From the human T2T-CHM13v2.0 reference genome, Homo sapiens: a stretch of 64,000 nt of DNA. The translations under genes and the position numbers were made by a program. The stretch is taken from the NCBI RefSeq assembly GCF_009914755.1, contig NC_060940.1, one strand, 5' to 3'. The notes beneath the pieces are model-generated. The model was not told the DNA's origin, searched no databases, and saw only the letters and a list, made by a program, of their open reading frames with translations. Of the stretch, positions 30,801 to 45,579 are shown piece after piece. Each line of letters starts with the position of its first letter. Position 1 is the stretch's first letter.

Positions 30801-33355
30801 TCCATTAGAGTCCATTCGATGATTTCATTCGAGTCCCTTCATTGATTCCATCCGATTTCATTGGATGATGACTCCATTCGAGTCCATTCGATGATTCCAC
30901 TCGATTCCATTAGATGACTCCATTGGAGTCCATTTGATTGTTCCATTCGATTCCATTCGATTCCTTTCGAAGATTATTCCATTTGAGTCCATTCGATGAT
31001 GATTCCATTCCATTCCATTCAATGATTCCGTTTGATTCCATTCGATGATTCCCTTCGATTCCTTTCTTTGATGATTCCATTCCATTCCATTCAATGATTC
31101 CATTCGAATCTATTCCATGATGATTCCTTTCGATTCCATTCGCTGATGTTTCCGTTCAATTCCATTCGATGATGATTCCATTCGATTCCATTCATTGAGG
31201 ATTCCATTTGATTCCATTCAATGATGATTCCATTCTATTCCATTCAATGATTTCATTCAATTCCATTCAATGATTATCCCCTTAGAGTAAACTCAACGAT
31301 TCCATTCAATACCATTCGATGATGATTCCTTTTGAGTCCATTCAATGATTTCATTCAAGTCCATTTGATGATTCCTTTCAATTCCATTCGATGATGATTC
31401 CATTCGAGTCCATTCGATGATTCCATTCGATTGCATTCGATGATTCCATTATATTCCATTCAACGGTGATTCCATTCGAGTCCATTCCATGATTCCATTA
31501 GAGTACATTTAATGATTGCTTTGTTTTCAATTCGAAGATGATTGCATTGGATTCCATTCTATGATACCATTCGATTCCATTCAATGATGATTCCACTCAA
31601 ATCCATTGGATGATTCCATTCGTGTCCATTCGGTGATTTCATTAGATTCCATTCGAGGATGATTCCATTCGATTCCATTCGATGATTCCATTCAATTCCA
31701 TTCGATGATGATTCCATTCCAGTCCATATGATCATTCCATTTGATTTCATTCGATGATGATTCCATTCGATTCCATTCGACGATTCCATTCTATTCCATT
31801 CGATGATGATTCCATTCGAGTCCATTCGATCAATCCATTCGAGTCCATTTAATGATTCCATTGGGTTCAATTCAATGATGATTACATTGGATTCCGTTCT
31901 ATGATTCCATTCAATTCCGTTCATTGACAATTTGATTCCATTCGATGATGATTCCATTTGAGTTCATTCGATGATTCTATTCGATTCTCTTCGATGGTGA
32001 TTCAATTTTATTATATTGGATAATTCCATTCGATTCCATTTGATGTTGATTCAATTCGATTCTATTCGATGATGATTCCATTGGATTTCACTTGATGATT
32101 CTATTCGATTCCATTCAATGATGATTCACTTCTCGTCCATTGGATGATTCCATTTCATTCCATTCGATGATGATTCCATTTGATTCCATTCGTTGATTCC
32201 ATTTGATTCCATGCGACGGTGAGCAATTCGATTCAATTCCATGATGATTCTATTTGATTCAATTAGATGATGTTTCCATTCGAATCCATTCCATGATTAT
32301 TCCATTGGAATCCATTCGGCGATGATTCCATATGAGTCAATTCAATGATGATTCCATATGGGTCCGTTCGATGATAATTCCATTTGATTTCATTCGATGC
32401 TTCTATTCTATTCCAGTCGATGATGATTCCGTTGGAGTCCATACGATGATTCCATTTGATTTCATTTGATGATGATTCCATTCGATGATGATTACATTGG
32501 ATTCCATTCTATGATTCCATTCAATTCCATTCGTTGATGATTCGATTCCATTCAATGATGATTCCATTTGAGTTCATTCGATGATTCTATTCGATTCCGT
32601 TCGATGGTGATTCAATTCTATTATATTGGATGATTCCACTCGATTCCATTTGATGATTATTCCATTGGAGTCCACTTAGTGAATCCTTTAGATTCTACTC
32701 GACGATGATTCCATTCGAGTCCATTCGATGATACCATTCAATTCCATTCGTTGATGCTTCCATTCAAGTGCATTCGATGATATCATTCGATTCCATTTGA
32801 TGATAATTCCATTTGATTCCATGCGATGATTCTATTCGATTCCATTCAATGATAATTCCATTCAATTCAGTGATTCCTCTGGACTCCATTTGATGATGAT
32901 TCCATTCAATGATTCCATTCGATTCTATTCGAAAATGATTCCATTTGAATCCATTTGATGATGATTCCATTAGATTCCATTTGATGATTCCATTCGATTC
33001 CATTCGACGATGATTCCATTCGATTCCGTTTGATGATTCCATTCTATTCTATTCGATGATGATTCCATTCGATTCCATTCGATGATGATTGGATTCGATT
33101 CCATTGGATGATTTCATTTGATTCCATTCGTTAATGATTTCGATCAATTCCATTCGATGATTCCATTCGATTCCATTCGATAATGATTACATCCGAGTCC
33201 ATTCGATGATTCCCTTTGAGCCTGTTCGATAATTCCATTTGAGTCCAACCAATGATTCCATTCATTTCCATTCAATGATTCCATTCGAGTCCATTTGATC
33301 ATTCCGGTAGGGTCCATTCGATGTTGATTCCATTGGAGTGCATTCGATGATTCCA
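24840..33355 (+). repeat. HSat2 unit 5 (8,516 bp = 6,112 + 2,404 internal duplication)
   Basis: Markers at 24840 and 33356. ORF landmarks 27731, 28013 and 28454 repeat at 30135, 30417 and 30858 (+2,404). Confidence 0.95.
26927..31734 (+). repeat. 2,404-bp tandem duplication inside unit 5 (copies 26927-29330 and 29331-31734)
   Basis: The novel junction CAGTCCATATGATCA|TTCCATT|CAATTCCATACG joins unit position ~4491 back to ~2088. Confidence 0.93.
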
Positions 33356-36300
33356 TTCGAGTCCATTTTAGGATTTGATTCGAGTCCTTTCGATGATTCC
33401 ATTCGATTCCACTCGATGATGATTTCATTCGAGTCCATTCGACACTTCCAATCGATTCCATTTGATGATTCCATTCGAGTCCAATTGATGATTCCATTCA
33501 ATTCCATTCGATGATGATTCCGTATGATTCCATTCTGTGATGATTCCATGTGATTGCATTCAATGATGATTCCTTTCGATTGCATTCGATTATGATTCAT
33601 TTCGTGTTCATTCTATGGTTCCACAGGTTTCCATTCGTGTCCATTCCATTATTCCATTCTATTCCATTTGATGATGATTCCGTTCGATTCCATTCATTGG
33701 TGATTCCACTCAATTCCATTCAATGATTCCATTCCATTTCTTTCAACAATGATTCCATTAGTTTCTAATCGATGATCCACTTGATTCCATTTGACGACGA
33801 TTCCATTCTTGTCCATTCGATGATTCCATTTGATTCCATATGATGATGATTCCATTCGATTCCATACCATGATGATTCCATTCGAGTCCATTCAATGGTG
33901 ATTCCATTCAATTCCATTCGATGATTCCTTTTGATTCCATTCGATGATGATGGCATTCGATTCCTTTCAATCATTCCCTTTGATTCCATTCAAAGGTGAT
34001 TTCATTCAAGTCCATTCGATAATTGCATTCGATTCCATTCTATGATGATTCCATTCGAGTCCATTTGATGATTCCATTCAATTCAAGTCAATGATGATTC
34101 CATTCGATTCCGTTCGATGATTCCATTGGATTCCATTCGATGATGATTCCATTCAAATCCATTCGATAATTCAATTCAAGTCCATTCGATGATGATTCCA
34201 ATCGAATCCATTCAAAGATTCCATTCAGTTCCATTTGATGATTCCCTTAGATTCCATTCGATGATTCCACTTGATTGCATTTACGATGATTCCATTCGAT
34301 TCCATGTGATGATTCCATTCAATTCTATTCAATGATGTCTCCATTTGATTCCATTCGACCATGATTGCCTTTGATTCCATTCAATGATTCCATTCGGTTC
34401 CGTTTGATGATGATTCCGTTCGATTCCATTTGATGATTCCATTTGATTCCATTGGATGAGTCCATTCGATTACATTCGATGATTATTCCATTCGAGTGCA
34501 TTAGATGATTCCATTCGAGTCCATTCGATGATTCCATTCGATTCCATTCGATGTTGATTCTGTTCAAATCCATTCGATGATTCCACTCGATTCCATTCGT
34601 TGACTCCATTTGATCCCATTCGATGATTTCCTTTGATTCCCTTTGATGATCATTCCATTTGATTCAATTCGGTGATTTCATTTGATTCCATTCAGTGATG
34701 TTTCCATTCGACTCCATTCGATGATGATTCCATTCGACTCCATTCGATTATGATTTCATTCAATTCCATTCGATAATGATTCCCTTCGAGTCCATTCGAT
34801 GATTCCATTCGATTCCATTCAACAATGATTTGATTCGTGTCCATTCGATGATTCCATTTGATTCCACATGATGATGATTCCATTCGAGTCCATTTGATGA
34901 TTCCATTCAATTCCATACTCCGATGATTTCTTTTGAGCCCACTCAATGCTTCCACTCGATTCCATATGATGATGACTCCATTCGATGAAATTCGATGATG
35001 ATTCCATTCGCTTGCTTTCGATGATGATTCCACTTGAGTCCGTTAGAAGATTCTATTCAATTACATTCCATGACGATTCCGTTCGAGTCCATTTGATGAT
35101 TCCATTAGACTCCATTCGACGATGATTCCATTCGATGTTATTCCATGATTCCATTCGATCTCATTCGATGATGATTCCATTCAACTCCATTCGATGTTTC
35201 CATTCGAGTTCATTCTATTATTCCATTAGATTCCATTCGATGATGATTCCATTCGATTCCATTTGATGATTGCATTCTATTTCATTTGATGATGATTCCA
35301 TTCGAGTCCACTCGATGATTCCATTCGAGTCCATTTAATGAATCCATTGGTTTCAATTCTATGATGATTACATTGGATTCCATTCGTTGATGATTTCATT
35401 CGGTTCCATTCAATGATGATTCCATTCAATTCCTTTCAATGTTTCCATTCAATTCCATACGATGATGATTCCATTTGATTTGATTCGACAGTGAGCCATT
35501 CGATTCAATTCCATGATGATTCTATTTGATTCCATTGGTTGACATTTCCATTCGATTCCATTCGATGATGATTCCCTTTGATTCCGTTCAAAGATGATTC
35601 CATTCTAGCCCATTCAATCATTCCATTCGATTCTATTCAATGATGATTCCATTCATGTCGATTTGGTGATTCCATTTGACTTCATTTGATGATGATTCCT
35701 TTCAAGTTCATTAGATGATTCCATTCGATTCCATTTGATGATGATCCCATTCGAGTCCATTCAGTGATTCCATTCGTTTCCATTCCATGATGATTCCATT
35801 CCTTTCCATTCAATGATTCCATTCGATTCCGTTTGATGATGATTTCATTCGAGTCCATTTGATGATTCCATTTGATTCCATTCGATGATGATTCCATTCG
35901 AGTCCATTCGATGATTCTATTCGAATCCATTTGATGATTTCTTTTGATTATATTTGGTGATGATTCCATTGGAGTCCATTCAATGATTCCATTCGATTCC
36001 AATCGATGATGATTCCATTAGAGTCCATTTAATGATTCCACTTGATTCCAGTCTCTGATGATTACATTCGAGTCCATACGATGATTCCACTCAATTCCAT
36101 ATGATGATGATTCCATTTGATTCCATTCGGTGATTCCATTCTATTCTATTCAATGGTGATTCCATTCGAGTACATTAGATGATTCCATTCGATTCCATTC
36201 AATGATGATTCTATTTGTGTCCCTTAGATGATTCCACATGATTCCATTACATGATGATACTATTTGAGCCCATCCAATGATTCCCTTCGATTCCATTCGA

Positions 36301-39300
36301 TGAGGATTCCATTCGATTCAGTTCATTGGTGATTCTATTCAATTCAATTCTTTGATTCCATTCCATTCCATTCGACAATGATTCCATTCGATTTCTTTCG
36401 ATGATTCCACTCGATTCCACTTGACATTGATTCCATTCGATTCCATTCAATGATTCCATTTGATTCCAGTGGATGATGATTGCCATCGATTCCATTCGAT
36501 CACTCCATTCTATTCCATTTGATGATGATTACATTCGATTCCATTTGATGATTCCATCTGATTCTATTCGAGGATTCCATTTGATTCCATTCGATGATGA
36601 TTCCATTCGAGTCCATTCGATGATTTCATTCGAGTACATCCAATGATTCCATTCGAGTCCATTAGATGATTCCATTTGATTCCATTTGAAAATGATTCTA
36701 CTAGAGTCCATTCAATGACTCCATTCGAGTCCATTCAACAATTCCATTCGACTCCATTCGATGATTCCATTCGATTCCATTTGATGGTTCCATTCGAGTC
36801 CATTTAATCATTACAGTCGAGTCCATTTGGTGATTCCACTGGATTTCTTTTGATAATGATACCATTCAATTACATTTGATGATGATCCCATTCAATTTCA
36901 TTTGATGATGATTCCATTAGAGTCCATTCGATGATTTCATTCGAGTCCCTTCATTGATTCCATCCGATTTCATTGGATGATGACTCCATTCGAGTCCATT
37001 CGATGATTCCACTCGATTCCATTAGATGACTCCATTGGAGTCCATTTGATTGTTCCATTCGATTCCATTCGATTCCTTTCGAAGATTATTCCATTTGAGT
37101 CCATTCGATGATGATTCCATTCCATTCCATTCGATGATTCCGTTTGATTCTATTCGATGATTCCCTTCGATTCCTTTCTTTGATGATTCCATTCCATTCC
37201 ATTCAATGATTCCATTCGAATCTATTCCATGATGATTCCTTTCGATTCCATTCGCTGATGTTTCCGTTCAATTCCATTCGATGATGATTCCATTCGATTC
37301 CATTCATTGAGGATTCCATTTGATTCCATTCAATGATGATTCCATTCTATTCCATTCAATGATTGCATTCAATTCCATTCAATGATTATCCCATTAGAGT
37401 AAACTCAACGATTCCATTCAATACCATTCGATGATGATTCCTTTTGAGTCCATTCAATGATTTCATTCAAGTCCATTTGATGATTCCTTTCAATTCCATT
37501 CTATGATGATTCCATTCGAGTCCATTCGATGATTCCATTCGATTGCATTCGATGATTCCATTATATTCCATTCAACGGTGATTCCATTCGAGTCCATTCC
37601 ATGATTCCATTAGAGTACATTTAATGATTGCTTTGTTTTCAATTCGAAGATGATTACATTGGATTCCATTCTATGATACCATTCGATTCCATTCAATGAT
37701 GATTCCACTCAAATCCATTGGATGATTCCATTCGTGTCCATTCGGTGATTTCATTAGATTCCATTCGAGGATGATTCCATTCGATTCCATTCGATGATTC
37801 CATTCAATTCCATTCGATGATGATTCCATTCCAGTCCATATGATCATTCCATTTGATTTCATTCGATGATGATTCCATTCGATTCCTTTCGACGATTCCA
37901 TTCTATTCCATTCGATGATGATTCCATTCGAGTCCATTCGATGATTCCATTCGAGTCCATTTAATGATTCCATTGGGTTCAATTCAATGATGATTACATT
38001 GGATTCCGTTCTCTGATTCCATTCAATTCCGTTCAATGACAATTTGATTCCATTCGATGATGATTCCATTTGAGTTCATTCGATGATTCTATTCGATTCT
38101 CTTCGATGGTGATTCAATTTTATTATATTGGATAATTCCATTCGATTCCATTTGATGTTGATTCAATTCGATTCTATTCGATGATGATTCCATTGGATTT
38201 CACTTGATGATTCTATTCGATTCCATTCAATGATGATTCACTTCTCGTCCATTGGATGATTCCATTTCATTCCATTCGATGATGATTCCATTCGATTCCA
38301 TTCGTTGATTCCATTTGATTCCATGCGACGGTGAGCAATTCGATTCAATTCCATGATGATTCTATTTGATTCAATTAGATGATGTTTCCATTCGAATCCA
38401 TTCCATGATTATTCCATTGGAATCCATTCGGCGATGATTCCATATGAGTCAATTCAATGATGATTCCATATGGGTCCGTTCGATGATAATTCCATTTGAT
38501 TTCATTCGATGCTTCTATTCTATTCCAGTCGATGATGATTCCGTTGGAGTCCATACGATGATTCCATTTGATTTCATTTGATGATGATTCCATTCGATGA
38601 TGATTACATTGGATTCCATTCTATGATTCCATTCAATTCCATTCGTTGATGATTCGATTCCATTCAATGATGATTCCATTTGAGTTCATTCGATGATTCT
38701 ATTCGATTCCGTTCGATGGTGATTCAATTCTATTATATTGGATGATTCCACTCGATTCCATTTGATGATTATTCCATTGGAGTCCACTTAGTGAATCCTT
38801 TAGATTCTACTCGACGATGATTCCATTCGAGTCCATTCGATGATACCATTCAATTCCATTCGTTGATGCTTCCATTCAAGTGCATTCGATGATATCATTC
38901 GATTCCATTTGATGATAATTCCATTTGATTCCATGCGATGATTCTATTCGATTCCATTCAATGATAATTCCATTCAATTCAGTGATTCCTCTGGACTCCA
39001 TTTGATGATGATTCCATTCAATGATTCCATTCGATTCTATTCGAAAATGATTCCATTTGAATCCATTTGATGATGATTCCATTAGATTCCATTTGATGAT
39101 TCCATTCGATTCCATTCGACGATGATTCCATTCGATTCCGTTTGATGATTCCATTCTATTCTATTCGATGATGATTCCATTCGATTCCATTCGATGATGA
39201 TTGGATTCAATTCCATTGGATGATTTCATTTGATTCCATTCGTTAATGATTTCGATCAATTCCATTCGATGATTCCATTCGATTCCATTCGATAATGATT

Positions 39301-39467
39301 ACATCCGAGTCCATTCGATGATTCCCTTTGAGCCTGTTCGATAATTCCATTTGAGTCCAACCAATGATTCCATTCATTTCCATTCAATGATTCCATTCGA
39401 GTCCATTTGATCATTCCGGTAGGGTCCATTCGATGTTGATTCCATTGGAGTGCATTCGATGATTCCA
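33356..39467 (+). repeat. HSat2 unit 6 (6,112 bp)
   Basis: Markers at 33356 and 39468. Confidence 0.95.
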
Positions 39468-42400
39468 TTCGAGTCCATTTTAGGATTTGATTCGAGTCCT
39501 TTCGATGATTCCATTCGATTCCACTCGATGATGATTTCATTCGAGTCCATTCGACACTTCCAATCGATTCCATTTGATGATTCCATTCGAGTCCAATTGA
39601 TGATTCCATTCAATTCCATTCGATGATGATTCCGTACGATTCCATTCTGTGATGATTCCATGTGATTGCATTCAATGATGATTCCTTTCGATTGCATTCG
39701 ATTATGATTCATTTCGTGTTCATTCTATGGTTCCACAGGTTTCCATTCGTGTCCATTCCATTATTCCATTCTATTCCATTTGATGATGATTCCGTTCGAT
39801 TCCATTCATTGGTGATTCCACTCAATTCCATTCAATGATTCCATTCCATTTCTTTCAACAATGATTCCATTAGTTTCTAATCGATGATCCACTTGATTCC
39901 ATTTGACGACGATTCCATTCTTGTCCATTCGATGATTCCATTTGATTCCATATGATGATGATTCCATTCGATTCCATACCATGATGATTCCATTCGAGTC
40001 CATTCAATGGTGATTCCATTCAATTCAATTCGATGATTCCTTTTGATTCCATTCGATGATGATGGCATTCGATTCCTTTCAATCATTCCCTTTGATTCCA
40101 TTCAAAGGTGATTTCATTCAAGTCCATTCGATAATTGCATTCGATTCCATTCTATGATGATTCCATTCGAGTCCATTTGATGATTCCATTCAATTCAAGT
40201 CAATGATGATTCCATTCGATTCCATTCGATGATTCCATTGGATTCCATTCGATGATGATTCCATTCAAATCCATTCGATAATTCAATTCAAGTCCATTCG
40301 ATGATGATTCCAATCGAATCCATTCAAAGATTCCATTCAGTTCCATTCGATGATTCCCTTAGATTCCATTCGATGATTCCACTTGATTGCATTTACGATG
40401 ATTCCATTCGATTCCATGTGATGATTCCATTCAATTCTATTCAATGATGTCTCCATTTGATTCCATTCGACCATGATTGCCTTTGATTCCATTCAATGAT
40501 TCCATTCGGTTCCGTTTGATGATGATTCCGTTCGATTCCATTTGATGATTCCATTTGATTCCATTGGATGAGTCCATTCGATTACATTCGATGATTATTC
40601 CATTCGAGTGCATTAGATGATTCCATTCGAGTCCATTCGATGATTCCATTCGATTCCATTCGATGTTGATTCTGTTCAAATCCATTCGATGATTCCACTC
40701 GATTCCATTCGTTGACTCCATTTGATCCCATTCGATGATTTCCTTTGATTCCCTTTGATGATCATTCCATTTGATTCAATTCGGTGATTTCATTTGATTC
40801 CATTCAGTGATGTTTCCATTCGACTCCATTCGATGATGATTCCATTCGACTCCATTCGATTATGATTTCATTCAATTCCATTCGATAATGATTCCCTTCG
40901 AGTCCATTCGATGATTCCATTCGATTCCATTCAACAATGATTTGATTCGTGTCCATTCGATGATTCCATTTGATTCCACATGATGATGATTCCATTCGAG
41001 TCCATTTGATGATTCCATTCAATTCCATACTCCGATGATTTCTTTTGAGCCCACTCAATGCTTCCACTCGATTCCATATGATGATGACTCCATTCGATGA
41101 AATTCGATGATGATTCCATTCGCTTGCTTTCGATGATGATTCCACTTGAGTCCGTTAGAAGATTCTATTCAATTACATTCCATGACGATTCCGTTCGAGT
41201 CCATTTGATGATTCCATTAGACTCCATTCGACGATGATTCCATTCGATGTTATTCGATGATTCCATTCGATCTCATTCGATGATGATTCCATTCAACTCC
41301 ATTCGATGTTTCCATTCGAGTTCATTCTATTATTCCATTAGATTCCATTCGATGATGATTCCATTCGATTCCATTTGATGATTGCATTCTATTTCATTTG
41401 ATGATGATTCCATTCGAGTCCACTCGATGATTCCATTCGAGTCCATTTAATGAATCCATTGGTTTCAATTCTATGATGATTACATTGGATTCCATTCGTT
41501 GATGATTTCATTCGGTTCCATTCAAGGATGATTCCATTCAATTCCTTTCAATGTTTCCATTCAATTCCATACGATGATGATTCCATTTGATTTGATTCGA
41601 CAGTGAGCCATTCGATTCAATTCCATGATGATTCTATTTGATTCAATTGGTTGACATTTCCATTCGATTCCATTCGATGATGATTCCCTTTGATTCCGTT
41701 CAAAGATGATTCCATTCTAGCCCATTCAATCATTCCATTCGATTCTATTCAATGATGATTCCATTCATGTCGATTTGGTGATTCCATTTGACTTCATTTG
41801 ATGATGATTCCTTTCAAGTTCATTAGATGATTCCATTCGATTCCATTTGATGATGATCCCATTCGAGTCCATTCAGTGATTCCATTCGTTTCCATTCCAT
41901 GATGATTCCATTCCTTTCCATTCAATGATTCCATTCGATTCCGTTTGATGATGATTTCATTCGAGTCCATTTGATGATTCCATTTGATTCCATTCGATGA
42001 TGATTCCATTCGAGTCCATTCGATGATTCTATTCGAATCCATTTGATGATTTCTTTTGATTATATTTGGTGATGATTCCATTGGAGTCCATTCAATGATT
42101 CCATTCGATTCCAATCGATGATGATTCCATTAGAGTCCATTTAATGATTCCATTTGATTCCAGTCTCTGATGATTACATTCGAGTCCATACGATGATTCC
42201 ACTCAATTCCATATGATGATGATTCCATTTGATTCCATTCGGTGATTCCATTCTATTCTATTCAATGGTGATTCCATTCGAGTACATTAGATGATTCCAT
42301 TCGATTCCATTCAATGATGATTCTATTTGTGTCCCTTAGATGATTCCACATGATTCCATTACATGATGATACTATTTGAGCCCATCCAATGATTCCCTTC

Positions 42401-45400
42401 GATTCCATTCGATGAGGATTCCATTCGATTCAGTTCATTGGTGATTCTATTCAATTCAATTCTTTGATTCCATTCCATTCCATTCGACAATGATTCCATT
42501 CGATTTCTTTCGATGATTCCACTCGATTCCACTTGACATTGATTCCCTTCGATTCCATTCAATGATTCCATTTGATTCCAGTGGATGATGATTGCCATCG
42601 ATTCCATTCGATCACTCCATTCTATTCCATTTGATGATGATTACATTCGATTCCATTTGACGATTCCATCTGATTCTATTCGAGGATTCCATTTGATTCC
42701 ATTCGATGATGATTCCATTCGAGTCCATTCGATGATTTCATTCGAGTACATCCAATGATTCCATTCGAGTCCATTAGATGATTCCATTTGATTCCATTTG
42801 AAAATGATTCTACTAGAGTCCATTCAATGACTCCATTCGAGTCCATTCAACAATTCCATTCGACTCCATTCGATGATTCCATTCGATTCCATTTGATGGT
42901 TCCATTCGATTCCATTTAATCATTACAGTCGAGTCCATTTGGTGATTCCACTGGATTTCTTTTGATAATGATACCATTCAATTACATTTGATGATGATCC
43001 CATTCAATTTCATTTGATGATGATTCCATTAGAGTCCATTCGATGATTTCATTCGAGTCCCTTCATTGATTCCATCCGATTTCATTGGATGATGACTCCA
43101 TTCGAGTCCATTCGATGATTCCACTCGATTCCATTAGATGACTCCATTGGAGTCCATTTGATTGTTCCATTCGATTCCATTCGATTCCTTTCGAAGATTA
43201 TTCCATTTGAGTCCATTCGATGATGATTCCATTCCATTCCATTCGATGATTCCGTTTGATTCCATTCGATGATTCCCTTCGATTCCTTTCTTTGATGATT
43301 CCATTCCATTCCATTCAATGATTCCATTCGAATCTATTCCATGATGATTCCTTTCGATTCCATTCGCTGATGTTTCCGTTCAATTACATTCGATGATGAT
43401 TCCATTCGATTCCATTCATTGAGGATTCCATTTGATTCCATTCAATGATGATTCCATTCTATTCCATTCAATGATTGCATTCAATTCCATTCAATGATTA
43501 TCCCATTAGAGTAAACTCAACGATTCCATTCAATACCATTCGATGATGATTCCTTTTGAGTCCATTCAATGATTTCATTCAAGTCCATTTGATGATTCCT
43601 TTCAATTCCATTCTATGATGATTCCATTCGAGTCCATTCGATGATTCCATTCGATTGCATTCGATGATTCCATTATATTCCATTCAACGGTGATTCCATT
43701 CGAGTCCATTCCATGATTCCATTAGAGTACATTTAATGATTGCTTTGTTTTCAATTCGAAGATGATTACATTGGATTCCATTCTATGATACCATTCGATT
43801 CCATTCAATGATGATTCCACTCAAATCCATTGGATGATTCCATTCGTGTCCATTCGGTGATTTCATTAGATTCCATTCGAGGACGATTCCATTCGATTCC
43901 ATTCGATGATTCCATTCAATTCCATTCGATGATGATTCCATTCCAGTCCATATGATCATTCCATTTGATTTCATTCGATGATGATTCCATTCGATTCCAT
44001 TCGACGATTCCATTCTATTCCATTCGATGATGATTCCATTCGAGTCCATTCGATCAATCCATTCGAGTCCATTTAATGACTCCATTGGGTTCAATTCAAT
44101 GATGATTACATTGGATTCCGTTCTATGATTCCATTCAATTCCGTTCATTGACAATTTGATTCCATTCGATGATGATTCCATTTGAGTTCATTCGATGATT
44201 CTATTCGATTCTCTTCGATGGTGATTCAATTCTATTATATTGGATGATTCCATTCGATTCCATTTGATGTTGATTCAATTCGATTCTATTCGATGATGAT
44301 TCCATTGGATTTCACTTGATGATTCTATTCGATTCCATTCAATGATGATTCACTTCTCGTCCATTGGATGATTCCATTTCATTCCATTCGATGATGATTC
44401 CATTCGATTCCATTCGATGATTCCATTTGATTCCATGCGACGGTGAGCAATTCGATTCAATTCCATGATGATTCTATTTGATTCAATTAGATGATGTTTC
44501 CATTCGAATCCATTCCATGATTATTCCATTGGAATCCATTCGGCGATGATTCCATATGAGTCAATTCAATGATGATTCCATATGGGTCCGTTCGATGATA
44601 ATTCCATTTGATTTCATTCGATGCTTCTATTCTATTCCAGTCGATGATGATTCCGTTGGAGTCCATACGATGATTCCATTTGATTTCATTTGATGATGAT
44701 TCCATTCGATGATGATTACATTGGATTCCATTCTATGATTCCATTCAATTCCATTCGTTGATGATTCGATTCCCTTCAATGATGATTCCACTTGAGTTCA
44801 TTCGATGATTCTATTCGATTCCGTTCGATGGAGATTCAATTCTCTTATATTGGATGATTCCACTCGATTCCATTTGATGATTATTCCATTGGAGTCCACT
44901 TAGTGAATCCTTTAGATTCTACTCGAAGATGATTCCATTCGAGTCCATTCGATGATACCATTCAATTCCATTCGTTGATGCTTCCATTCAAGTGCATTCG
45001 ATGATATCATTCGATTCCATTTGATGATAATTCCATTTGATTCCATGCGATGATTCTATTCGATTCCATTCAATGATAATTCCATTCAATTCAGTGATTC
45101 CTCTGGACTCCATTTGATGATGATTCCATTCAATGATTCCATTCGATTCTATTCGAAAATGATTCCATTTGAATCCATTTGATGATGATTCCATTAGATT
45201 CCATTTGATGATTCCATTCGATTCCATTCGACGATGATTCCATTCGATTCCGTTTGATGATTCCATTCTATTCTATTCGATGATGATTCCATTCGATTCC
45301 ATTCGATGATGATTGGATTCGATTCCATTTGATGATTTCATTTGATTCCATTCGTTAATGATTTCGATCAATTCCATTCGATGATTCCATTCGATTCCAT

Positions 45401-45579
45401 TCGATAATGATTACATCCGAGTCCATTCGATGATTCCATTTGAGCCTGTTCGATAATTCCATTTGAGTCCAACCAATGATTCCATTCATTTCCATTCAAT
45501 GATTCCATTCGAGTCCATTTGATCATTCCGGTTGGGTCCATTCGATGTTGATTCCATTGGAGTGCATTCGATGATTCCA
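39468..45579 (+). repeat. HSat2 unit 7 (6,112 bp)
   Basis: Markers at 39468 and 45580. Confidence 0.95.
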
